64,000 bases of DNA. Origin: Leucoraja ocellata. Taxonomy: Eukaryota. A program made the position numbers and the translations under genes. The notes below the pieces were generated by a model. It saw nothing but the letters and a program-made list of their open reading frames with translations, was not told the origin of the DNA and did no database searches. Where the stretch lies: NCBI GenBank assembly GCA_036785375.1, contig JAWMAR010000081.1, positions 3,100,001 through 3,164,000 on the forward strand, read 5' to 3'. Of the stretch, positions 13,699-27,947 are shown one piece after another; the first letter of the stretch is position 1, and each line of letters opens with the position of its first letter.

Positions 13699-14650
13699 AA
13701 AGGGATTGGGCAGCATTAAGGTTGTCCATCTTTCTTCTACCTTCAATTCTCATTAACTGTATCACATTTACAGCACGATCTCCTTCTTTATAAAGCCAAA
13801 AGGTTGTCATTCGGGAATCTTGTGCAAAAAAAAATGGTGTGCAGGAATTAATCTAATTCTGCATTTAAATGTTTTCAAAATTATTTCTTGATTCATAACA
13901 TGGATTCTTGGTATTTTGCTAGTCGGAGAACTAAGCAAACATGGACATTTTCCTGTTCATTTCACATTGACACAATTGAAAATCCAGTCTAGACCAGCTA
14001 ATAATAATGAACATAATATTTTATTAGAATGAGAATACAGAACAATAGAGAGTACGAAGAAAATAAAACATAAAACAAACAAGTTTTGTAACATCCCACT
14101 AATTATAGTTCCATCTCAAAAAAGTAACTTCCTTCAGAGAGCATAATCATTGACCTTCCTCCATCATGTGTCAGTAATGAAGCTAATAGCTGATAATTGT
14201 ACATTGTTCAATTCCATGTCCAGCTCCTCGGAAAATGAAGCAATCTGCAACTACTTCCAGCACAGCCTTTTATTCAGCTTGCAGGGTTTTGAGCTGAAAT
14301 GTCAACCATTCATCTCCAACACAGGTGTTCCATCTCCATCATAGATGTTCCTCTACATGCTGAGTTCCAGGCAGATTGTTTGTTGCTCCTTTTATTCCTA
14401 CTTTCCTGCGTTTCTCTATTACTGTCCCTTTTAATCTTAATTCATCTTCAGTTCAGATCAGTCTTTGTTTGTCTTTAACTTTTAAATTATTTTACCTACA
14501 TTTGGCAATCCCCTGAAAAACAATTAAGTATATCATATTAAATAAAGTGGAATTTTGAAAGGGAATCAGGAAGAGAATCAAATGTATCAAGTTGCTTGTA
14601 GAACCTGAAAACTGAGAAAGGCAATTCATGGTAATTTGTATTTCTTTCAG

Positions 14651-14720
14651 CTAACAGAGATAACTAATAATAATAACAATGGAATGAGAAAAGTAAAGGG
14701 ATTGGGTGCACCTAGTTCAG
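14651..14720 (+). CDS. Repeat-protein gene, exon A: LTEITNNNNNGMRKVKGLGAPSS (alternative acceptor 14658 gives a 63-nt phase 1/1 exon)
   Basis: tttctttcag acceptor, consensus CAG|GTAAGT donor, open frame ending in phase 1. Confidence 0.65.
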
Positions 14721-16103
14721 GTAAGTCTTTCTACTGAAAAAAATATTCCTCAGATTAATATTTGTGTTTTAAGTTCTGATAATCAATTGCATTCCAATTA
14801 ATATACTGCGGCGTACCATGTCATCAGAAATATAAATATTTTTGATAGTAAAACAAAATTGTTTCATCTCGTTTCTTACTGGTATTAGCTTATTATGGTC
14901 AAATGTACTGAGATATCCATTCAAATCCTACCATACATGAGTACAATCTAGCCATAGACATATACAACAGGACATTAAAATATCAGAGTAGCAGCGGGAA
15001 TAAATGTTTTTCTTTGTAATGGATTGTTACATGCTTATATTGATAACATCCAAAGCTAGTCACTAAGCCACAAGCTATGCACTGTTAATCTGTACTTTAA
15101 TATATTTATATGAAGTTGTGATGTATTTCTCAGAAATTTTATTCCATTTCTAGCAAACAACAGAACAAACTGGACACTACATTTACCCGAAAAGCCTAAT
15201 CTTAATACAAAAGCAGTCATAGGTACGTTATAATTCAAAATAACAATCTCCTTGTATTCTTTGTATATTGTCATACAGGTATTAGGTGAGTTTACTCTCT
15301 GCGCTCATGGGCTGAATATTTAGATATTGTAATTATTAATTTCATTATTAATGTTCAGGTAAACAATTCAGAAGTTCATGTTGAGAATTACATACCTAAT
15401 AGGCCCTTTATATCATTGAGTCATCACAGATGTATGTAACGCATACAATATTCAACTTTTTAAAGGGGAAGTTGAAAATGCAACAACATTGTCATGAATA
15501 CCACATTTTCTATATTTACTGTAAGATTTGTAGTTGTGATTTTTTTTTACTTTTACAAACTTGTACTTTACAAATTCTCTATCAGTTTTCAGTTTGCCTT
15601 AAGTACTATATCTTAGTTTATAAAATAACATTGTTCTTCCAAGTCAGGGTTTAATTTCCTCTGCTGGCTAATATCTTCCTTAAAAAAGGTATAAATAAAT
15701 AATGATTTACTTGGACATAATTACAAATGGGATTTTTATGCAGTATTTTTCTCTGGTGCTTCATGACCAAGATTGTTATGTTTTATGTATTCTAATCAAA
15801 TGGAAATAAACCTCACCTTTTAAATCAACGCCTTTTATAGATAGAGATGAGTCGTGAAATTATCGTTGATATGTCTCCCTTCCATTTTGTTACTCCATCA
15901 TTACCACCATTATACCAACCAAGATATTAAGAAGGATATCCTGCCCATGCTCCATTATAACTGCAGGCTGGATTCACTGTTCAGATTCCATTAAAATGTC
16001 CTTGCATCAAGATAAGTGCTAAAATTGCAGGTCTGTGTAGAGAGGTTGATAAATGGAGACACATGGATGATATATTTTATTTATATAGCAAACGGCATAT
16101 TGA

Positions 16104-16850
16104 GTTTAGTTTAGTTTATTGTCACATGTATTGAGATACAGTGAAAAGCCTATGTTGCGTGCTAACCAGTCAGCGGAAAGACAATACATGATTACAATTG
16201 AGCCAATACAGAAACATGATAAAGGAAATAACGTTTAGTGCATGATAAAATCCAGTAAAGTCCGATTAAAGATGGTTAAGGGTCTCCAATGTGGTAGATA
16301 ACTGCATGGACCCGCTCTCTGGCTGTTGATAGAATGGTTCAGTTACCTGACAGCAGCTGGAGAGAAACCATCTCTGAATCTTGAGGCGTCCATTTTCCCA
16401 CTTCTATACCTCTGGTTTGATGGGTGAGGGAAGAAGAGGCAGTGACCGGGGTGAATTTCATCCTTGATTATGCTGATGGCCTTACCAAGGCAGTGTGAAG
16501 TGTAAATGGAATACATGGATGGGAGGTTAGTTTGTGTGATTGTCTGAGCTGCGACTAAAATTCTCTGCATTTTCTTGCGGGTTTTGCATGGAGCTGTTCC
16601 CAAACCTGGCTGTGATGCATCCCGATAAAATGCTTTCTACAGTGCATCAGTAGATGTTGATGAGAATTGTTGGGACATACCAAACATTCCTAAACATTCT
16701 CAGGAAGTAGAGGTGTTGGTGTACTTTCTTGCCCATTGCTTTGATATGGGTGGTCCAGCACAAGATGCTGGTGATATTTTCTGCTAGCAATTTGAAACTT
16801 ACAACTAACTCTACTTTGGTGCCATCAATGCATACCGGGGTATGTGTACC
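16104..16850 (-). mobile_element. Rex1/Babar-type LINE 3' fragment
   Basis: ORFs 16647..16898 (VELVVSFKLL...HQHLYFLR) and 16343..16603 (IIKDEIHPGHCLF..PSNQRYRS..SRFRDGFSP); (taaac)n tail. Confidence 0.75.
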
Positions 16851-18069
16851 ACTATGGAGCATCAATGTAGCATCAATGTCAAGGTTAGCATTCAGCATCC
16901 CTTTGAAAAGTGTACCTCTATTTCATGCTAATAATCTCTCTGATATTAGGATAGGTCCTTAGTGCTATCGTTTAATGTCAGAACTTGATTTGCTGGCAAG
17001 GATGGTATATCCATGTCTGATTGATGTTTCATTTGGAAGGCAATTTGTGAATGATGGTGCACTTCTTCTTCCAGCTTGTGGATTGGTGGGCTTGGGAGGT
17101 GAAGCAGTCCATTTTCTAAATGGAGCACCTAGCATCCATGTTGTGGCATCGCTGGATTGAGCAACAACTAGCTTGATGATTGGAATGCCAATCAAGTGGG
17201 CTTGTTTTATTTGGACGGGTCAAATGCTTTTTTGCGTTTACTTGCCCAGGAAAGTGGAGAATAATTCTCTTGCACATATTTGAGACTTCTCCAATCATGT
17301 TTCTAGTAAACACTGAGCCCATGGGACGGTTTGTTAGGTATCTGAAACACTAATGCCATTGATTGTCGTGGAAAGGTAAATAGACTCTCTCTTTTACTGG
17401 AGATTGTCATAGTGTGATTGCAGATTTGAGGTTTTGTTTCTTGCAACCTAGACAGTTGTGAATGCTACTGAACATTGTGCAGTCAGCAATGAATTTTCCC
17501 ACTTCTGACATCTATTGAATGGAAGGTAACTGATGAAGCATCTGAGGAATGTGGAGCCTGATTTGGGGAATTTCTGTCATAGTGTTTTGAGGCTGAGATG
17601 ATTGATTACATCAACCACAAGCATCTCACTTTGTGCTTGGGATGATTCTATTCATTAGACAATTTTACTCAGACTGTTTGGTGCCACACATGGTCAAATG
17701 CACCCTTAATGTCAAACTAAGCTCTTTTATCTATACAAGGATATGAAGAAATCTGGAGCTGAGCGATTCTTAATAAACTTAGAATCAGTGTGCATACCAT
17801 GGCTGTGTAGCTCGACCCATCTTTAATGGTGTGCCTACAAAATGAACTACAATTCCTGATAAGATTATCAATAATTGTTTTCAGGTGGCCAGTCAACTTC
17901 AAACAGTGCAGACGTCCATCCTGGGAAAAGTTCATCACCAAAACCTGTTATTACAAGTAAACCAGGTACAGTGATAGATTTACAGTTATTATTGTCACAT
18001 GTACTGAGATACAGTGCATGAGAACAGCTTTGTTTTGCATGCTATCCGATTTACCATACAGAGGTCAGT

Positions 18070-18676
18070 CTGAAGGAGTTGAGTATAAGAGCAAAGAGGT
18101 CCTTCTGCAGTTGTACAGGTCCTTAGTGAGACCACACCTAGAGTATTGGCCTCCAAATTTGGAGCAGTTTTGGTCTCCAAATTTGAGGAAAGACATTCTT
18201 GCTATTGAGGGAGTGCAACGTAGATTCACAAAGTTAATTCCCGGGACTGTCATATGTTGATAGAACAGAGTGATTGGGCTTGTATACACTGGAATTTAGA
18301 AGGATGAGAGGATATCTTATTGAAACATATGAGATTATTATGGGATTGGAAATGCTAGAGGCAGGAAGCATGTTCCCAATGTTGGGGGAGTCCACAGTTA
18401 AAGAATAAGGGGTAGGCCATTTAGAATGGAGATAAGGAAAAACTTTTTCACCCAGAGAGTTGTGAATCTGTGGAATTCTTTGCCTCAGAAGACAGTAGAG
18501 GCCAATTCTCTGGATGTTTCAAGAGAGAGTTAGATGGAGCTCCTAAAGATAGCAGAGTTCAGGGATATGGGGAGAAGGCAAGAACGGGGTACTGATTGTG
18601 AATGATCAGGCATGATTACAATGAACGGCTCGAAGGGCCGAATTATCTATTCCTGCACCTATTCTCTATTGTCTAT
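18070..18676 (+). mobile_element. CR1 LINE 3' fragment
   Basis: GVEYKSKEVLLQLYRSLVRPHLEY..QFWSPNLRKDILAIEGVQRRFT, FTQRVVNLWNSLP, ctattgt tail. Confidence 0.9.
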
Positions 18677-20209
18677 AACCATGAAGCAAAGTCTACCTTA
18701 TGGAAAGATATAAAGGAAATACTGAAAGAATATTTACTTGCCAACTGATTCTTCCAGACAAATTAAACGAGGAAAGTATTCCTGCTGTCTGTGCCTTAAT
18801 GGGCTCCAACATTTTAGTGCCTGCATTAATTATTGGAAAGTTGGTCCATTTTAGATAAATCAGTTTAACTCCCAATCAATGAGCAGGAATGCAGGGGACA
18901 TAATGACTGTTACAATTGCAAAAATCAGAAATCCACACAAACTCATCTCCATCATAGCCATTTGTCATTATAATAAGTTGGTGGCTTGAAAAATCAGCCA
19001 TTTGCCAGAAACAGATATGTAATTACAACATTTTAATAAGGGCATGTGCCTCGTATTTCCACCATTGGCAGGATCTATAAGATGTGCTGCCTGAAGAAGG
19101 AAGCTAATATCATCAAAGACCCACACCACTTAAGCCATGCTATTCCAGCACTGCTATCATCAAGATGAACATACAGGAATCTAAGAATTCCCTCCAGGTT
19201 CAAGAATAATTTCATCCCATCAACCATGAGGTTCTTTAACCATCCAACACATCCCTAGCCACAACCCTTACCTCAGCACCGAACCACTATAGACTTTGAA
19301 ATACTATGGTTGCTCTAGCTGCTTTGGTTTTGGCCTGGTTTACTTAGAATAATGGACAATTTATTGTTTACTTACTGTTGTTGTGGTTGTCGCAGCAAGT
19401 AAGACTCATTGTTCCATTTACTATCCAATGCAGAGATAAATAAACACTCACGATTCTCTTGATTGATAATTCTCTTCACATTTTCCCAACTAAACATTTA
19501 TTTGCATGAGTCAAGTCGCAGGATACTCAGAAGCAGAAGGGAAGGCAAATGAATGTTTTTCCAGCACTGCTTGTGAACCAGCAGGGGCACAAGTACATTA
19601 TTACTCCACCACTAAAATAATTTCCCCAAAGCATAACTTACTTTTCATTGCCCCAGCACCAAATGAGCACCCTGCTGCTCATAACAGGATGTATGTCAGT
19701 ATTATACTGCAGTCTTATAACCCAACTTTTGTCCCCACAATCTAAACAACTGGCCGACCATCAACTGTTCCCCTGCAACTTCACACTGTGATCTAATGGC
19801 TCCCAGTTTCCTTTCAGACTATGACTACAACTGTAGTATTTTGCATCCCTGGTCTTATCAACGATGCAGTATAGCTCATCTGGTCTCACTGTTGACCTTG
19901 CAACTACAATGTCTCCCTCCAGCCTCTTTGCTCTCAGCATACGACCTACTACCATAGGTTTTCCCAGACAACAACAAGACAAGCTGTCGCACTGAATGAC
20001 AGCTGGCTAGGAACAGATACATTTTTGTTCTGCAGGGAAAAAAAATGCGAGGGCATTTATATATGATCCACCTTTTCAGGATTCCCTATTGCTGCTACTT
20101 CCTTGCCTCTCCAAAATAATAGGATCAATAATTAATTCTGATTTTTAATATTTTTATTTTTTAGTATCTTTCAAAAATGAATGCATTGCTTTTGTTCTAT
20201 TTGACACAG

Positions 20210-20254
20210 AGCACACTCGTGATCGGTTGCATGACAAGGAAGTCATAAAAAAAG
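20210..20254 (+). CDS. Exon B (45 nt): (E)HTRDRLHDKEVIKK
   Basis: tttgttctatttgacacag acceptor, AAG|GTAGG donor, symmetric phase 1, open. Confidence 0.6.
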
Positions 20255-21054
20255 GTAGGATGAATAAAAAATTAAGAGGTGGCAATGCTGTATACTTGCC
20301 TCTGGAAATAAGAGCCAAACCAGATATTTAAGCAGTAAATTTATGACTTTTGTTTGCCAGGAACACATCTTGTGAATTTGGCCATGTATCCCATATATTA
20401 ATTATTATAAATGGACCAAATGCTATCAGTGGAAGAATGTCCAATTTTCCAATAAGCATCTCTTCTGAGATAACTTAGAATTGAATTTTCCATTAATCTG
20501 ACATTTTCACAAAGCTAATGAGTATAGTCAGTTTCAGAAATGGAAAAATATATACTCCTTGGCAAAGGAAAAGTATAGTTCTGAGACTGGGAGTTAGCCA
20601 CATTGCCAAGGAAAAGATTAGCATTTCATCTGACCAACACTATAAATACATTGTCAGGAAGCACTTAATGTTGTCATGATGTGCAAAGTAGAAATGTTCC
20701 ATTCTGCAGTTCATCTTTCACCTTCATGAATACCACTGCAGGAAAAAATAAATTTCATTCTAAGTTAAGAAAGGGGTAGTAACACAAATTACCAAATGAT
20801 AAAATAATTAATTGTTATATTGATAGTTAACACATTGCTGTTATTTTATTTCAAATCTTAGAACAAAGACAATTCGCAAATTAAGTTAGCCCATAGAACT
20901 GGAACCTAATGACTTTATCATAATAACAAATCTTATGAAACTGTGATTTCATGTCATTTGCTGATAAAGGGTGTTAAAGTAACTCTAAAGAAACTTGAGT
21001 TGGGGTTTATAAATTAGCTTGTTGTTTTTATAACATATCATCTTATGTGTGCAG

Positions 21055-21147
21055 AGACTACAAACACTGTCTCTAAATCAGCACTGAAAAGGAGCAAAAC
21101 AAGAAAAGAAAATGACAAACCAGCAATGAAGCCCTTGACAACTAAAG
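21055..21147 (+). CDS. Exon C (93 nt): (E)TTNTVSKSALKRSKTRKENDKPAMKPLTTK
   Basis: tgtgtgcag acceptor, AAG|GTAAT donor, symmetric phase 1, open. Confidence 0.7.
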
Positions 21148-22380
21148 GTAATGGCCTGGGTATTGGACTGGGTGAAAAAGGATGTCTGGGTAACAACTGG
21201 TCATTTTTTACTTTTCAAATCATTTCCTAGGCTCTCTCATACAGATTTACAGCATGAGGCAACCAATCACACCATTGAATGTACATCCTAAAGTCCTCTA
21301 GTGAAAATCATCATACTCCACTTCCCCCATTGCCACTCCTCCCACCCATCTTCTGAACCTGCCATCTTTCCTTAAGCTCTCCCTCAGTATAAATTCACTA
21401 AACTATTTGCAATCACCCCCCCCCCCCCCCCTTGTCAGTCTATCACATGGTTCGCGATTCTTTTTATTACAATAATTTATGTGAGCCAGTGAGATTGTTT
21501 CATTCACCCATTTCCTCCATCATCACTACCCTGACTTATTTTTTTTCGGTATCATGAAGAAAAACTTTTCAATTTTTTCACTTACAGTTTCAAAATTTCA
21601 ACTGTGGAATATCTGACATTCATATGGAACTAGTCTACTAAACTAAAACTAGTCTCCACCTTAAATAGCCGAGACCCCATTAAAATAATTTACCTTGGCT
21701 ACTTTCCATTATAGCCTCATCTCCACTTTCTGGAGTCTAGATTGTTGATTTGTGTGAATATTGCTCCCAACTGGCTTATCCAGTCGCTGCTAGATCTACT
21801 AGAATTCAAAAAGAGAGACAGCACAAAGCCCTACACTCATTTGCAAAGCAGAATTACCATGGACTGCAAATATGAATCCCATGTTCACGTGAATGCTGAT
21901 CTCTAACTGCACCAACTCTTTTGACTCCCCTACCATCTCATAGTTGTAATATTACCTGCCTGATATTTCCTCCTTTATTTTCCTGTGACTAAACATTGGA
22001 AAGACCAAAGTCACTGCCTTTAATCTCAGTCACTAAGTTAGTACATAATCCTGTGACTCCATCCTTTTCATTGGCATTGATCAGCAACTGAACCTTGCTG
22101 TTCATAACTATGTCTCATGTTTGACCATATCCTTCAGCCCATTTTTCGTGGTCAGTATTTCCCCACAGCCTAGCCCCAAAACTTTCATCCATGCCATATT
22201 ACCTCTTGAGCTGGCTATGGCTGGCTATGGCTTGCTTCTTCTCTAAACTCAGCAGCCCATGTCCTAACTTGCACCAAAAACTTCACCTATCAGCAGAGTG
22301 CTCTAATATCCTTTAGTGTATCATTGAGCTCAATGCCCAATTTTGTGTGATAACTTTCTTGCAACGTGACTTGGGACACT

Positions 22381-22701
22381 TTTAGTTTAGTTTAGAGATA
22401 CAGCGCAGAAACAGGCCCTTCTGCCCACTGAATCCACACCGACCAGCGATCCCCGCACATTAACACTATCCTACACACACTAGGGACAATATTTTACATG
22501 TTATACCAAGCCAATTAACCTGCAAACCTGTACGTCTTTGGAGTGTGTGAGGACACCGAAGATCTTGGAGAAAACTCTCGCAGGTTACGGGGAGAATGTA
22601 CAAACTCCATATAGGCAGCACCCATAGTCAGGATCGAACCCTGGACCTGGGGCTCTGGCGCTGTCAGGCAGAAACACTTTCTCAGCGCCACCGTGCCGCC
22701 C
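22381..22701 (-). mobile_element. tRNA-derived V-SINE (HE1-like) with CR1-type tail
   Basis: Minus strand ggcggcacggtggcg (A box) ... ggttcgatcc (B box), V-domain-like tggagtttgtacattctcccc...cacactccaaagacgtacagg, tail gggcctgtttctgcgctgtatctc(taaac)n. Confidence 0.85.
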
Positions 22702-23214
22702 ATGTAACTTGATTAACGTAAATTGATTATGATAAAGCATTATATAAGCACATTGTTCTTGAAGTGCAAAATAAGTAGGTATAAGCAGAGACAAATGCAA
22801 CTTAAGTTCTTACAAATGGAAATTGTGCCTACAAAAACTGATGTTATCTAGCCAACAGATTGCATTTGGAACTTAATTCCCCTTATACAGTTCTTGGGAT
22901 GGCCTTGTCCACATTGGAATAACATTTGTTTTTGATATTAAGGTATAATGTTCTTATAAATCTTTTGCATTACGCTCCGGAACTTTAGTGATGCTGTTCC
23001 AAACTTTTATTGTAACACAGCCTGAGGGCCAAAGGAAACGTAGATGCCAAGTTTCTGTCATTGTTTTGGCATGGAGAGAGGATGGTTGAGTTTGTATGTC
23101 TGAATAATGATAGGACATAAGGGCAAGCTCCCACAGGCTTATAAAGTCAGTTTTTTTAAATGGGAATTAAATAATAGCTGTCTTTACAGTCATATGTTCC
23201 ATTTTGAATTACAG

Positions 23215-23283
23215 AATCCAAGCTGTCATCCTCAGCCACTCCATCCTTCCCACCAAAACCTATGCTTAATTCTGATAGAACAG
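23215..23283 (+). CDS. Exon R1 (69 nt): (E)SKLSSSATPSFPPKPMLNSDRT
   Basis: attacag acceptor, CAG|GTAAG donor, symmetric phase 1. Confidence 0.75.
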
Positions 23284-23312
23284 GTAAGCCATCAATATTT
23301 TTCAGATTCCTA

Positions 23313-23317
<5 letters not shown>

Positions 23318-23356
<39 letters not shown>

Positions 23357-23413
23357 CTATTCTATGAAGATTATTGGTTAAATTGGTTAAATAGTATGTT
23401 CTTCTATTGTATG

Positions 23414-23478
<65 letters not shown>
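23318..23478. repeat. Two (TA)n microsatellites (about 23318-23353 and 23420-23478)
   Basis: Direct dinucleotide runs. Confidence 0.95.
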
Positions 23479-23480
<2 letters not shown>

Positions 23481-24590
23481 AGACAGAAGTAAAACAAACA
23501 TCTCTGAATATTTAGAATAATTCCAAATCATTTATATGGACATTTTAGTTTGAAGTAACTTGTCTACTATGTCTTCAGACTATGAACTCGTAATTAAAGA
23601 AACTTCCACTACATGCACAAAGGCACAAATAAAGAAATGCATAGCACTGAAATGAAGATATTATCTGCTTTTCCTCATTTACATTGTTCCAATAGTTCTC
23701 AAGAGACATGATCCAATTTATTTGAACTTATTAATATGTGCAATGCAGTGCCTTTGAGGTCGTTAACCTTTGGCTGTGTAGCATGTATTTCATGAATATA
23801 ACTGCAATCCTGTCTGGATCTTGCAGAAAGAAATTAATCACTGTGAAGTTATTAATTTGCCAGAGCACAAGACTTAATTGTATTAATTGAGTGCCTCGTT
23901 CTCATTGTCTGTGAATGTTTGAAGCAAAAATCATTTTGCTCCGTTGTTTTAGCATGGTAATTTGATACTTGCATGAAGTGAAACATTTTAGACAACACCC
24001 TGTAACGTCTGGCTGAATAATCTGTTTCTTAATAGCTGTGAAGTTGTAACTGTTCATCATCCTTGTACTTAGACTGACATCACAAATGGCTAACAAAAGA
24101 AAATATTTCTCTGTGTTCCTTCTGCAATCTTATTTTTCAGTGTGCTTCGTAGTGCATTTTGGAACCATATTTTATATTTGGCTTTGTAGTGATATTTGCT
24201 TGAGGCTCACATTTTGGTTGTCGCACGTTTTCATGTTTTACCATAATGCCAACAAACTTTTAACATTAATATAGTTTGGTTGCCGGTTGCATTCTATCAA
24301 AGGGATATGGAATGGCACCTTGCAGAGATATATACGTCATCATGTATTGCTGCATGGCATGGTATAGTAACGTCGTGTTTATGCAATGCCATGTAACAGA
24401 ACTCATCATTATATTTTGCGATTGGATTGCTATGATTCCTTTAATAACTAAAGGTTTTGTTCTCATTGTTATGGCCGACCAAGGTGATTGTGCATGCATT
24501 ATGCTCAAACTTTGTTTCATTGGAAAGTATTGACATTACAAGGAATTGTTATCTTCAATAACTTTACGTTTTTTTCTGCAAAAATTACAG

Positions 24591-24659
24591 AAATTCAGTT
24601 CCCAGTTTTCCTCACTCCAAGCGCAGCTTCTGAACATGATACCATGGATGAATTCACAG
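24591..24659 (+). CDS. Exon R2 (69 nt): (E)IQFPVFLTPSAASEHDTMDEFT
   Basis: attacag acceptor, ACA G|GTAG donor, symmetric phase 1. Confidence 0.75.
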
Positions 24660-25545
24660 GTAGCCCTGTTCATCGGAATAACAAGGAGTGTATTATCTGA
24701 TTAGATAATTCACATTATAAATTGTGAATTATGTCAGGAAATTAATTTTATTAGTGTAAACAGTCTTAATTTTTCTAGGCATTAAGATCTAATCTACCAA
24801 ACTTGGAAATGTAAAATTCTTCGTCTATTATGTATTTCAACGTGAACCAAGTCAGGATTCTTTACCCAAATTACATTTTTTCTTCTTCAGGAAACTATAT
24901 CCAATAACTGAAACTATATGCAATATTTTTCAATCTGCGTGAGGCTGTATTCTGTTCATGTTTTATTTTTCCACATTTTTGTGGACCATTGCTATAGCCT
25001 TTAGCTGAGAGGATGGATGGGTAATTTCTAACAGTGATTACTAAAATGATTTTATGGATTAATTGCAGAGATGTGAGCAAATTCATTATCACCAGTATTA
25101 ATTTACTGTGTGGACAGATTACTGGACTACATTAATTATTTCCATAGGAACCTAACTAGAATGAGAAAGTCTGTAATGTGCAGTAATGTTTGAATCTGCA
25201 TTTTACTATCTCATTAGCTTGCAAGTTGGTGGTTTAAAATATTTGCATCTTTAAATCCTCAATCGTGCATGTGATGTTCTATCAATTACATGGTGTGCTA
25301 CAACTTCCAGTAATGTTCAACATATTTTGGTTAAGCATATGGTCTGATTAGTAAGCTGGAAACTGAATAGACAACATCAGAATGTTGTAAGTTTTCCCAG
25401 AAAACTATTAATAGTACATGGTGTCAATGTGTTTCTCAAGATGCCAATTAGGAAGTAAAATGTATTCTTTATCCCATTTTGATAAAAAAATTTCGTAACT
25501 TGATCAGGAAAATATTTCAACTTAATTTTCTAAAATGCGTTGCAG

Positions 25546-25635
25546 AACCTGAGATGCCATCTTCTACTAAAATGCCATTCAATATATTAAGAACAACTTC
25601 AGACCATACTGATGTGGGCAATCAGGATCTTCCAG
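25546..25635 (+). CDS. Exon R3 (90 nt): (E)PEMPSSTKMPFNILRTTSDHTDVGNQDLP
   Basis: gttgcag acceptor, CCA G|GTAG donor, symmetric phase 1; EPEMP shared with R5. Confidence 0.75.
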
Positions 25636-27857
25636 GTAGTTTCTATGTGCAGGGGTTCTATTTGCATGAAAGGAAACAAACATAATGTAACATATACAGC
25701 TTATTAGTATGAGAATTTCTAATGATTCATATGTTTCATGTCAATGGTCATGATAAGAATCGTTTGAACTATAAAACCTGCTGTGCCTACCACAATGTAT
25801 AATGGTAATTAGGGATGGTTTTCAAAGCCAATTAATCAGTAACAAATAATGTGCTGGATGGGATAACATGTATTAGCCATTGAAAGTTGGCATCTGGGGG
25901 TCGGTGGCTTTGTCTATTGATGGATCAGGACATGGGCTTCGATTATTGGAAGATGGGAGCCTTAGGTACAATGGGTATGGTGTCATTTTTTGGGTATTCA
26001 GTGGGTTGGTAGTCAAGGAGTGGAAAGTAGTGACATAGGTTAATTGGGTAATTGGCTCCCTGGCTGACTAGGAATGTTGATAGGTGGTGGGTAAAGGACC
26101 TTTCTTTGGTGGTGTTCCTGTACAGAGCCCAACTGTGGTGGAAGGAACCAAAAACTCGCTCCAGGAACAATGTGTTATATGTTCTCACATTGTTCTACAG
26201 CAGTTGCCTTGATGTCTCACAGTGAGAACTGCAACGTTTCTGTAATGATGCGAAATGAATCAGAAATAGAAATGTTTAAGAAGGAACTGCAGATGCTGAA
26301 AAATCAAAGGTAGACAAAAATGCTGGAGAAACTCAGCGGGTGAGGCAGCATCTATGGAGCAAAGGAAACCAGAAATAGAAATTGTCACTTTTTCAAGCTT
26401 AACACAAAGTTGGAGTAACTCATTGGGTCAGGCAGCATCTATGGAGGGAATGGATAAGCAACATTGTTCAGACTGAGACTGAAAAAGGGCCCTGACCCAA
26501 AACATTGCCTATCCAGACCCTCCACAAGAGCTGCCTGAACACTGAGTTACTCCAGCATTTGTGTTTTGCCCAAGATTCCGGCATCTGCAGTTCCTTGTGT
26601 CTCCAATGTCACTTTTTGCTTAGAATCATGCCCATATATATTCAAATTGTACTGTAATTGTAATTTTATAATTCCCTGAATTGATGCTTTCTTCATACCA
26701 CAGATTCTGTTCCTAAACACAGCCATTACTAAATGTGTAGCTCTTTCATCGCAGAGCTTATTTGTATAACACCCATATCAAATATTAGATTATATGATAC
26801 TATTAAAATATCAAGGAAGCTGTAGTTGTAATTTTGTGGATGATATAATAAATTGACATTTGGTTTGCCCTGTCCATTGGATGTAAAAGATCCAGTAGGA
26901 ACAGATTTCATGAAGAATAGGGTTAATTCTCCTCATAGCCTTGATAATAATTATCTGGACTGCTATTATTGGGAACAATTCTGGTTATTATCATATTCCC
27001 CCCTCATCATTCTAATTTCCCCAAGTATAGGCCCAGTCATCAAATGCTCCTCATATGTTAGCTCAATCAACCCTAGGATCATTCAAATAAACATCCTCTG
27101 AAGCCTCTCCAACACCAGCATATTCTTCCTCGGATATGGGACCCTAAACTGTTCACAATATCCCAAATATGGTCTGCTTTAAAAAGCTTTAGCATTATAT
27201 CCTTACTTTAATATTCTAGTTCTCTCAAAATGAATGCTAACATTGCATTTGCCTTCCTTACTACTGACTCAACCTGCAAATTAATCTCCTCTCATTAATA
27301 AAATCGCAAAGGGCCTACTTGAGTATTGTAAGAGCAGTAATTATTATTGTTTTCCAGAATAAGGCATTTGATGGAATAGTTTTAACCAATCATCATTGGG
27401 ATATTAGTATTCTCTACCTAGTTTGATACGTATCTCGTAACAATTTTTGAAATATCAAGTAATTTGATGCACATCATATGTTGACAATTCAATCCAGAAG
27501 CTGACAGCTAATGAAATTATGTTCAAGCATACACCTGCCTTTCGCAGAGGTCGATGTCAGCACTTTTTTTAAATATTGAGTAAGCCACTATTTAGCATTT
27601 ATATGTGAAGAATGTTGAAAGAAGAATACGTTGAAATGCATTGATGCATTTTTGATACTTCATTTTGAATTACTACACGTTCTCAAAATAATTGATTTCA
27701 AAACTAACCACTTTATTAGGGGATGTTAGTTGTCCCATCATAAATGTTGTTATTTGAGTCAACTTTATTTTTATTATGATGTTGGATATGATTTATTTTT
27801 GCAGTGATATTTTATTTAAATATTCAAAATATTTGTTCTTTTCCACATATCATCCAG

Positions 27858-27947
27858 AAATTGAGTTGCCATCCTCCAGCAATTCATTTTTAAACCCTCC
27901 AGACACTCCATCTGCATTAGATTCCATGGGAACAAAGCAGTTCACAG
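27858..27947 (+). CDS. Exon R4 (90 nt): (E)IELPSSSNSFLNPPDTPSALDSMGTKQFT
   Basis: catccag acceptor, TTC ACA G|GTAG donor, symmetric phase 1. Confidence 0.8.

Noticed and set aside
12870-13810. Overlapping Pro/Arg/Gly-rich ORFs up to 206 aa
   Set aside because: Result of a GC-rich repeat element and 38-bp minisatellite being stop-poor in several frames; no splice or homology support
23310-23531. YI-repeat ORFs
   Set aside because: Translation of (TA)n microsatellites
26704-26830. Exon-like ccacag acceptor
   Set aside because: Early in-frame stop and no matching donor
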